A model generated the notes under the pieces. That model was not told the origin of the DNA and searched no databases. It worked only from the letters and a program-made list of their open reading frames with translations. A stretch of DNA of 64,000 nucleotides from a bacterium (lineage in GTDB: Bacteria > Patescibacteriota > Minisyncoccia > UBA6257 > JAGOQP01). Position numbers and translations under genes: made by a program. Location: NCBI GenBank assembly GCA_021812345.1, contig JAKANP010000002.1, positions 6,394-70,393 of the forward strand. The letters are read 5' to 3'. The stretch's first letter is position 1, and every line of letters starts with the position of its first letter. Positions 35,932 to 43,865 of this stretch are shown in pieces.

Positions 35932-36312
35932 CTATTGTGTCGGCAAATTTAAAAACTTCAAAATAGTGTTAACTAAAAGCCAAGCGCCGAAAGTCAAAAC
36001 TATGCCGATTGCCGCCGCAGTTATTTTTTTCTTTCCGCTTTTAAATTTTCCCTCATCACCGGCGGAAATTGCCATTTCAATTCCTCCCCAGATAATAACA
36101 ATTACCGCCACCGGCGTGACAACATCAGTTAAAGCAAAGGTAACTAAACCTTGAACCATTTTTACAAAATCGGAATAATTGCAAGGATTTTGTCCGTTTC
36201 CTCCGCAATTTACCAAAGCGGCAAAAGATGATGCGGCGTTTATAAAAAACGCCATCAAAAAGAATAAAATTCCATAACCGTATTTCTCGTATTTTCCTGT
36301 TTTATTCAACAT
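35932..36312 (-). CDS. T4SS pilin-like protein (VirB2/TrbC-type), divergent paralog 1 (first in array)
   Basis: Signal/TM region, a Cys-containing segment NCGGNGQNPCNY, a helix, IWGGIEMAISAGDEGKFKSGKKKITAAAIGIVLTFGAWLLV. Same two-helix pilin layout. Confidence 0.5.
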   Translation of the reverse strand: MLNKTGKYEKYGYGILFFLMAFFINAASSFAALVNCGGNGQNPCNYSDFVKMVQGLVTFALTDVVTPVAVIVIIWGGIEMAISAGDEGKFKSGKKKITAAAIGIVLTFGAWLLVNTILKFLNLPTQ

Positions 36313-36383
36313 TTAATTAATTATATAAAAATTCAAATATCGTTTCAATCCAAAGCCAATCAAACAGACTTGATAACTAAAAT

Positions 36384-37709
36384 TTATTGCCCCAAATTTG
36401 TCGACGGTTGATACAAATTATTTATTGCCGCTTGAGCCGCTTGAACCGATGCCTGAACATTCAATTTGCCGGATAAAATATCGCTTACCATTCCGATAAA
36501 AATAGAATCGATAGACGATGGATTTATTTGAAACCAATCCTTGGCAGTTAAGAATTCTTTTAAGAATACGCCGTTGTCCCCGCCAAGTCCCTGTTGAATC
36601 AGCGAAAGCAAAGCCGGAAGTTTATTCGTCGCCGAAAGATAAGAAGAACTGATCGACGGCGTCATTGTAAGATATCTTATAAAACTCCAAGCAACATAAG
36701 GATTTTGAGTTTGTTTGGAAACTGCCAATCCCCAATAATTTGGCCAATTGGATATTTGCGAAGCATTGGCATTTGATAACTGAGGCAAAGGAGCAACGCC
36801 AAGATTGATATAAGCATTTCTGTTTTTTATATCTTTGATTGCGCTGTAATAATCAAAAATCATCGCGGTCTGACCGGCGGCAAAAGAAGAAACAGAATTA
36901 TCAAAACTTTCATTCCAGGTGTAATAAGGACTTACCGGATCGGAAAATTGAGTATAAAATTGGACCGCTTTATTAAATGGATCGTCTAAAATAACTCCGT
37001 CGTTTGATGGGTTATTAATAGTAGACCCGGACTGCATCGCCAAGACACTCAAAATATCCGGAACATTATTTATATTATGAGCCGAACCCAAAGCGGCGGC
37101 AGAAAGAGATATCTTTTTATTCTGGTCTATTTCCGTTATCTTGGAGACATCGGCAATAAAATCGTCCCAAGTTGCCGGCGGGAAAACAATTCCTTTGGAA
37201 TTAAAAACGTCTTTGTTATAAATAAGAGCCAGCGCGTCCATCGAAAGAGGCGAGGCAAAAATATTTCCGGACAAAACAAAATCTTTTGAAACAACTGCGG
37301 GAAAAGATTGGCTAAAAACTTGAGGTGTGAGCAACAAAGACGGAGCGGGATAAAGTTTGTTCCAATTGCTGTAAACCCAGAGATTATTAACCATAAAAAT
37401 ATCGGGGCCCTGATTTGCGGCAAGCGCGTCGATTAACTTTTGCTGGTAAGCAACCGGGTCGGTAAATTTTGTGTAATTTATTTTTACGTTTTTATAAACG
37501 CCTTGATACGATTTTATGATATCGTTGTAAACGGAATAATCATCGCCCACTCCCCACATTTGTAAAGTAACGCTCCCGGTCGGGAAGTTTGGATCAGAAA
37601 CAGTAGTCTTTTTTATTCCGGGAATTATTCCCATCAAGCCCAAAATAAAAACAATGGCGACTATTGCGATAATCCCAATAACCATCAATTGAGTTTTGTT
37701 GAAGTTCAT
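36384..37709 (-). CDS. ABC transporter extracellular solute-binding protein (family 1, sugar-type), membrane anchored
   Basis: N-terminal TM/signal anchor, then a roughly 400-aa periplasmic-binding-protein-like domain (KINYTKFTDPVAYQQKLIDALAANQGPDIFMVNN...) typical of SBP_bac_1. No permease or ATPase gene is adjacent in the window. Confidence 0.55.
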   Translation of the reverse strand: MNFNKTQLMVIGIIAIVAIVFILGLMGIIPGIKKTTVSDPNFPTGSVTLQMWGVGDDYSVYNDIIKSYQGVYKNVKINYTKFTDPVAYQQKLIDALAANQGPDIFMVNNLWVYSNWNKLYPAPSLLLTPQVFSQSFPAVVSKDFVLSGNIFASPLSMDALALIYNKDVFNSKGIVFPPATWDDFIADVSKITEIDQNKKISLSAAALGSAHNINNVPDILSVLAMQSGSTINNPSNDGVILDDPFNKAVQFYTQFSDPVSPYYTWNESFDNSVSSFAAGQTAMIFDYYSAIKDIKNRNAYINLGVAPLPQLSNANASQISNWPNYWGLAVSKQTQNPYVAWSFIRYLTMTPSISSSYLSATNKLPALLSLIQQGLGGDNGVFLKEFLTAKDWFQINPSSIDSIFIGMVSDILSGKLNVQASVQAAQAAINNLYQPSTNLGQ

Positions 37710-37765
37710 TACTCTAATTATCTGATATTAAAAAAATAAATGCAATGTTTTTAAAAAAATAAACG

Positions 37766-38060
37766 AGTCGTCATTCTGAGCGAAGTCGAAGGAGCTTGTC
37801 CTGAGCGAAGTCGAAGGAGCTTGTCCTGAGCGAAGTCGAAGGAGCTTGTCCTGAGCGAAGTCGAAGGACGGAGGATTTGTAAAATCCCTCCCGCCTTACG
37901 GCGTACTCCCTTTATGAAAGGGAGAATTATTTGTTTTGTTCCTCCTTTTCTAAAGGAGGTGGCGAGCTAGCGAGACAGAGGATTTGTATTCGTAAATCCC
38001 TCGCCCTGACGGGCACTCCCTTTAACAAAGGGAGAATGAACACAACAAAAGAGCCCCGAA
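37766..38060. repeat. Modular GC-rich intergenic repeat locus B (4x tandem 25-bp units plus two hairpin-module copies)
   Basis: CTTGTCCTGAGCGAAGTCGAAGGAG occurs 4x in tandem (37768-37868). It is followed by two variant copies of the GGAGGATTTGTAAAATCCCTCC...TCCCTTTATGAAAGGGAGA module and the AAAGGAGGTGGCGAG module, all shared with loci A and C. Confidence 0.8.
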
Positions 38061-38086
38061 GGGCTCTTTTGCTGTCCGATTATACG
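38060..38086. terminator. Intrinsic terminator downstream of the 1085-aa surface protein gene
   Basis: AAAAGAGCCCcgaaGGGCTCTTTTG is a perfect GC-rich hairpin with A- and T-tracts, about 35 bp after the stop codon at 38119 on the minus strand. Confidence 0.6.
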
Positions 38087-38118
38087 ACATCGGAAAACGA
38101 AATCAACAATCTTACGAC

Positions 38119-41100
38119 TTAGTTAGCTAAGTTTGTAAGAACAGGTCCGGCAACCGGAAGAGTAACGTTGGTCGGCAAGAATGTAAGATCTGATGTCGAT
38201 CCGTCGCTCCAAGTTATTCCCTGAACCGAAATCTGATAAGTGCCATTGTTGTTTGAGGCAGTTAAAGTATTTGCGGCAGAGGTAACTTTAAATTGCAAGA
38301 CTCTATTTGTTGAACCGGAAGGAATGTCCCAACCACTGGTAAATCCAGAAGTTGTAGCTGTTGTAGTAGCTGTTGTACCAGTAAGCGTAATCGTGAAGAT
38401 AGCGGAATTAGGATTGGTTGAATCATACAACGACAAAGCAACAGTTGTTGATGATTGGACCACTGAACCGCTCTGGGAAAGATTAAGTTTAGTGATATAA
38501 ACATCGTTTCCGGTATTCATTGCTCCGGCAGTAAATGACGAAACAATATTTCCAACTCCGGCTCCGATAGAAGTTATCGGGGTTACTGTTCCTCCAGAAA
38601 ATCCTGAGAGCAAAGCTCGGTACAAAGTTATGTTATTTCCTTGAGCTGATACATTGGTTGAAGTCGTGTTAGGACCAGTTGTCAGGTTATAAACATAGCT
38701 TGATGCCTGGAAGGAATGGGTTGAATTTTCAGCGTTATTGAAGCTGTTGTAATTAACCGGGCTACCAACCAAGCTCAAAGTCGCATATTGATTCTGAGCA
38801 ATAGTGATAGGAGCGTTAAAGACAAATGTCGCTGTTCCGCTGGCAGTTAACGACGGCTGAGTATTCAACGTAGTTCCGTTGTAAACCAAGCTAAAGTTGT
38901 TAAATGATTGCGGATATTGAGTGGCAGTGCTTGTAGTAGATGAAGCCGCATCAAGAATCGTCAACTGACTGACAGTGACAGGACCGCTTGATGAACCATT
39001 CAATCTGTAGATAGCCAATGTGTTGTTGGAAGTTCCAAGTCCCATAACAGTTGCCGCTGGGCTGGTGTTGTCAAGAGTAATGCTAGATAAAGCATTTCCT
39101 TGAGAGACATAAACTCCCTGTCCTGAAGCAGTTACGCTGGAAACGGAGTTTCCTCCGGCAGTGGCGTTAACTCCTGCAAGATTTGCCAAGTCAACTGGAG
39201 TTGAAGTTGAAGCCGAGTTTGAAAGAGCGGCAAAAACATCAACAGTTACCGATTGAGTAGCCGGGATAATAACTTGAGAAGAACCACTGAAAGTGTAATT
39301 TCCTCCCGAAGTTATATTTCCTTGAGCAACTCCAAAGGCAGAGCCATTAACATTGACATACAAACTTGAAAGCCATCCTGACGGAACACCTGAAGGAACT
39401 CCGATAGTTACTCCGCTAACAATAGCAGAGTTAACTTGTCCGGCCTGCAAGATGAATGACGCAACTTTAGAAGTTGAACCAGCCATCAAAACCGGCGATC
39501 CAAAAGATCCGTTCTGATAAGCGGTCAAATTAGTCGTATTTGCCAAAACTTGCAAAGTCGGTGAGTCAAAATGATTGCTCAAGCTTCCGACAGATGTGTA
39601 GTTTGATTGAGATTGACCAACCATAGCAACATCAGTTCCGACGTTTGTTCCAGAAGAAACAGTGCCTTGAATGGTTAATGTTTGAGTGGTGTTAGCCGGA
39701 ATTATGTAGTTCAAATTTTGGAATTTAACTACATTAGCCGGTCCACTCGACATGCTCGATTGGGTTGTTCCCAATTGAGTGCCATTAATCAAAACTTGGA
39801 CGTTTGTAGTGCTAGCTGATCCGTTCAGATAGAAATCTAATTCTTGCAATCTGATGTTGTCTCCTGAAGCTAAGACTGTATAACTACCCAAAACTGAATT
39901 TGAGTTGTTTTGAACGATATACAAAGCGGTGGATGAAGCATTGTTAACTACCAATCCTCCCGGCTGAACTGTTACAGAATACATATTCTCTGGGAATGTT
40001 TGTGATCCATAAGCAGTGGAGCCAATTCCGACATTGTACATATTGTCAATCGCTTGGACATCAGATGACTGCTGAACGGTAAATTGGAAATTATATCCAA
40101 CACCGCCAGTAACATCAGCGTAAAGCGACAAAGTAGCCGCCTGACCCGAAGTTAACATCAAAGGAGCGTTTGAAAGGTCAAACAAAGCAATGTTGCCGTT
40201 CAAAGTGGAAAGAGTGGCACCAACCTGAGTTGAGCCATTCATTAATTTGATGTTAGCGATGTCTTGTGTCGGCTCGCTTCCAGTCATAGTAAAGCGCAAG
40301 CTGGTTACTTTAACTGGGTTATTGCCTGCAGTTAATGTAAACTGTCCGACGAGATTATTCGTCTGGCCGGCGTTAACACTGGTGTTGGCAGTAACATTAT
40401 TAAAGGTTAAGGTTGCCAAATTGGTTACATTAACCAATGACAACTGATTTCCGGAAACTGGGAAGTTTCCTCCAACAGTTACATTGCTTGCAGTTACAAC
40501 ATTGGTAGCCGCCGGCAATGAGAAGGTAAGAATATGGCTTGCATTTGAACCATTGTTGTAGATATCAGCTTTAACTGTTATTTCGGTTGTTTGACCGGCG
40601 CTAACAGTAAACAATCCCGTTCCGCTTGAAAATACTATATTTCCATTAGAGATGCTCATGTTGGTAGCAACACGGTTTGCTCCTTGGTAAAGATAGACAT
40701 TTTGTAAGTCGGCATCTTGGGATAATCCAGACCTAACAATAGTCAAAGAATTAACAGTGACTGCTTGCGATCCGGCTGTGAAATTCAAAGCCATAACCGG
40801 GACGGCAACAGCGCCAATAGCGACATTACCTGAAGCCGGGTTGTCCGAAGCCAATGCGACAGAAAGTCCGCTGGTTGTCGGGACAACTGTTCCAGTTCCA
40901 GTTCCTGTTCCGGTTCCTGTTCCAGTTCCGGTTCCAGTTCCTGTTCCGGTTGTTTGCGATGCTATGAATGCTCTGGTTTTAGGTCCAAAGTATCCAGCGG
41001 CGGGCGAAATTGAATTCGCTGCCTGATATTTTGCCAACGCGGCTTTGGTCATCGCGCCAAAGTATCCGGTCGGGGCGGAGATTTTAAGAAATCCGCCATC

Positions 41101-41376
41101 AATCAAAATTTGTTGGAGAGCAGAAACATCAGCTCCTTTGCTGCCGAGGGTGAGGTCCTTGGTGAAGCTGTAGGAAGATGAAGCGCCTCCTTGTGAAGCA
41201 GCCATTTGCGATTTCAAAGCTGTTATTTGAGCGAGCAAGGTCGCGATTTGCGATTGCAAGTCAGTGGTTGTTTGGGCATTAGAGAAGCTAACAGCTCCAA
41301 AAACCATAACAACTGATAACACAACGACTGCTAATTTTTTTGCAGTACTCATTTTAGATTTTACAGAAAAATACAT
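38119..41376 (-). CDS. Large secreted/surface protein with N-terminal peptidoglycan-binding (PG_binding_1-like) domain, (Gly-Thr)12 linker and long S/T/N-rich beta-rich repeats
   Basis: Signal peptide, a coiled segment, then TLGSKGADVSALQQILIDGGFL...GYFGAMTKAALAKYQAANSISPAAGYFGPKTRAFI, which matches the PG-binding domain pattern. This is followed by TGTGTGTGTGTGTGTGTGTGT and about 900 aa of low-complexity T/S/N/G/V-rich sequence. Confidence 0.55.
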   Translation of the reverse strand: MYFSVKSKMSTAKKLAVVVLSVVMVFGAVSFSNAQTTTDLQSQIATLLAQITALKSQMAASQGGASSSYSFTKDLTLGSKGADVSALQQILIDGGFLKISAPTGYFGAMTKAALAKYQAANSISPAAGYFGPKTRAFIASQTTGTGTGTGTGTGTGTGTGTGTVVPTTSGLSVALASDNPASGNVAIGAVAVPVMALNFTAGSQAVTVNSLTIVRSGLSQDADLQNVYLYQGANRVATNMSISNGNIVFSSGTGLFTVSAGQTTEITVKADIYNNGSNASHILTFSLPAATNVVTASNVTVGGNFPVSGNQLSLVNVTNLATLTFNNVTANTSVNAGQTNNLVGQFTLTAGNNPVKVTSLRFTMTGSEPTQDIANIKLMNGSTQVGATLSTLNGNIALFDLSNAPLMLTSGQAATLSLYADVTGGVGYNFQFTVQQSSDVQAIDNMYNVGIGSTAYGSQTFPENMYSVTVQPGGLVVNNASSTALYIVQNNSNSVLGSYTVLASGDNIRLQELDFYLNGSASTTNVQVLINGTQLGTTQSSMSSGPANVVKFQNLNYIIPANTTQTLTIQGTVSSGTNVGTDVAMVGQSQSNYTSVGSLSNHFDSPTLQVLANTTNLTAYQNGSFGSPVLMAGSTSKVASFILQAGQVNSAIVSGVTIGVPSGVPSGWLSSLYVNVNGSAFGVAQGNITSGGNYTFSGSSQVIIPATQSVTVDVFAALSNSASTSTPVDLANLAGVNATAGGNSVSSVTASGQGVYVSQGNALSSITLDNTSPAATVMGLGTSNNTLAIYRLNGSSSGPVTVSQLTILDAASSTTSTATQYPQSFNNFSLVYNGTTLNTQPSLTASGTATFVFNAPITIAQNQYATLSLVGSPVNYNSFNNAENSTHSFQASSYVYNLTTGPNTTSTNVSAQGNNITLYRALLSGFSGGTVTPITSIGAGVGNIVSSFTAGAMNTGNDVYITKLNLSQSGSVVQSSTTVALSLYDSTNPNSAIFTITLTGTTATTTATTSGFTSGWDIPSGSTNRVLQFKVTSAANTLTASNNNGTYQISVQGITWSDGSTSDLTFLPTNVTLPVAGPVLTNLAN

Positions 41377-42086
41377 TATTTTTATTTTTGACTAAATTTA
41401 ATTCAGAATTAAATTGGATTTCGGAAGGTTACTCTCTATTATTATCGACCCACTGCTTCATCGGTGAGGACGCATCAGCAAGTTAATAATCAAAATAACC
41501 CCTATAATAAATTAAGTTTTGTTCTTATTTTGTTTATAAAATAAGAACGGATATTTTTTACAAAAATTAACAAAAACGAACGTGAGGCAAATTAATTTAT
41601 TTTCTCTTCCAAACATCAATGTCTGACCGCCAGAAACATCTTTCATCCATCAATTCATCGATTACCGTATTCACTTTCTTTTTGGGCTTTTTCGGCCCGT
41701 GTCAAATTCCAAATTTTCTGGACTCTGACACGGAACGATAAACTTATTATTATAAAAAATCCTCACTTCCGTGAGGCAATAAATTAGCAATAAATGTCCA
41801 GTGATAAAACCGACAATTATTCTTGCTTTTGTTCCGCCTCACTCCCGATTTTTTCGGGAACAGAACTATTAACTTATAACATTTTCAGTATAAACGAATC
41901 CGATTTAAAATGTCAAATAATCCGCGCAAATAAACCGATAACGCTTACTCTGAAAACAAATCACCGACTCCGTTGGTTACAAACAATAAAAACGAAGAAC
42001 ACGCAAAGGCGTTACAGGTTAAATTTGAGATTTTAACCTCGCCCCAAATTCAATATTATAGTGGCGTCAAAAAATATCCTAAAATA

Positions 42087-43007
42087 TCACTTTTTTATCC
42101 TAAAAAATGAGTTGGGACCACCGGTGCCGACTCTTTCTATAACTCCCTTATCAACGAGACGTTGAACATCATATCTGACAGTTCTTTCGCTGATATTTGG
42201 CAAAGAATCAATTAAATCCTTAATATGGCAGAGAGATCTCTTGTTTAAAAGCTCCATAATAATTGAGTTTCTTTCCTTAAACCCGATAACGGCGTCAAAT
42301 CTATCTTTTTTGCTTGCCGGACTTTTTATTTCTGATTTGCCGGACTCTTTGGTTAATTCTTGTCTTGCCGGACTATTTAATGTGTCACTTTTTGTGATTT
42401 CCGGACTTTTTTCCAATAATTGACCCTCAAATATCGCCTTGCCAGACTCTTTTTGTTTATATTCAATTTCTTCTTGTTTTTCCTTTATAAAATCAATTTC
42501 TTCCCTTGCCGGACTTTTTATAGCTGGACCATTATTGACAGCTTCATCGGACTTGACCCCTAAATTAATTTTTTCAATTGATTCCGTTTTTTCTGTTTGT
42601 CTTTCTTTGATTTCAAAACCACTTTTTTTCATAATTTCAATCAAGTCCGAAACTCTCATCGGCGGTCGTGAAAAAACTTCTTCAATTTTTGGAGCATTTT
42701 CGGGAGTATTTGCCGGAGCAAGTTGTTTTTTCTGAATATCTTGTATATCCAGCATCGCCGCCCGCAAATTTCCCGTTTCTCTTAAAAGAACGCTGGTGTT
42801 TATTTGATTGATTTCTTTTATTTGTCCGGAAAGACGAATAATTTCTTCAAGTTCATCCAAGGTCTTTAAATCTTTAGCCAATAAATAATCCGTGGCCTTG
42901 TCTTCAAGACCTTGTTTTATTTTTTGTCTGGTAGTGTGTTCGGCAACTCTAAAAACCGCCCAAACCACTTCAAACGACCTCTGTGTAAAAAATTCTTTGC
43001 TATACAT
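42087..43007 (-). CDS. Putative transcriptional regulator with C-terminal DeoR-type winged-helix HTH and internal charged repeats
   Basis: The C-terminus NKRSLCHIKDLIDSLPNISERTVRYDVQRLVDKGVIERVGTGGPNSFF fits a DeoR/HTH_11-type wHTH. The middle region has repeated K/E-rich SPARQE and KSPASK units, encoded by recurring AGTCCGGCAAG. Confidence 0.45.
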   Translation of the reverse strand: MYSKEFFTQRSFEVVWAVFRVAEHTTRQKIKQGLEDKATDYLLAKDLKTLDELEEIIRLSGQIKEINQINTSVLLRETGNLRAAMLDIQDIQKKQLAPANTPENAPKIEEVFSRPPMRVSDLIEIMKKSGFEIKERQTEKTESIEKINLGVKSDEAVNNGPAIKSPAREEIDFIKEKQEEIEYKQKESGKAIFEGQLLEKSPEITKSDTLNSPARQELTKESGKSEIKSPASKKDRFDAVIGFKERNSIIMELLNKRSLCHIKDLIDSLPNISERTVRYDVQRLVDKGVIERVGTGGPNSFFRIKK

Positions 43008-43271
43008 TTAATCAAAACATAAAACCAAAATATGTTTATGTCAATGCTTTGATAAAACTCCGATAAATTCTGTCGGCAAAAAAGTTATCCACAAATTTTC
43101 AATTATCGGCAAAAATAAATGATATAATATAAAAAATGAGAGAAAACTTTTTATTTATCTCTTGGACAAGTTGTAAAAAAGGGCGTTGTTTTTATTAGCC
43201 GGACTCACTGTTTTTATATCCATCGTTGCGGTGGATTTTTTTCGCCTAAAATTAAAACTATTTAAAATAAA

Positions 43272-43865
43272 ATGGACAATAAGAAAAACAATTTTATCTC
43301 GGAAGAACATTTTCAAGACGGATTTGTGTCTTCCGATTTCAAAAAGAAACCAAAAAGAAAACACTTTTTTATATTTACTTCGATTTTTCTGGGTATTTTG
43401 ATTTTAATCGCCGGAGGATATTATTCTTGGGAAAATTATCTGAGTCCGTCGGCGCGGTATGCTCGCCAGTCGGAGGCAAATTATCAAAAATATCTTGACC
43501 TTCAACAAAAATATGAAGCGGCAATGAAAGCCGACACTTACGGAGGCGCCACTCCGCAAGATACTTTGAATTTATTTATTGAAGCAATCAAAAACGGAAA
43601 TGTTGATTTAGCGTCAAATTATTTTTTGTTAGACGATGATGGGACGAGAAATGCTCTAATCAAACAAAATATACAAAAAATTATCAATGAGAATCAAACA
43701 AATAAATTGCTGAGTATAATCAACAATCTTCAACCATCATCAAGAGACACGGGGTCGCCAGATATTAAAGAATTCGTAACTTTAGACCAAAAAGGCTTTG
43801 TGGATTATTCAATAACTTTAAAACTTAATAAATATTCAAATATATGGAAAATAGAAAATATGTAA
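43272..43865 (+). CDS. Hypothetical membrane-anchored protein, likely co-transcribed with the giant nuclease gene
   Basis: N-terminal TM helix HFFIFTSIFLGILILIAGGYY followed by a globular domain. It overlaps the downstream 1937-aa ORF by 22 nt. Confidence 0.4.
   Translation: MDNKKNNFISEEHFQDGFVSSDFKKKPKRKHFFIFTSIFLGILILIAGGYYSWENYLSPSARYARQSEANYQKYLDLQQKYEAAMKADTYGGATPQDTLNLFIEAIKNGNVDLASNYFLLDDDGTRNALIKQNIQKIINENQTNKLLSIINNLQPSSRDTGSPDIKEFVTLDQKGFVDYSITLKLNKYSNIWKIENM

Noticed and set aside
43085-43093. Perfect DnaA box TTATCCACA, possible replication origin
   Set aside because: A single isolated box with no cluster, no AT-rich DUE arrangement and no dnaA or dnaN nearby. Chance occurrence is likely in an AT-rich genome.
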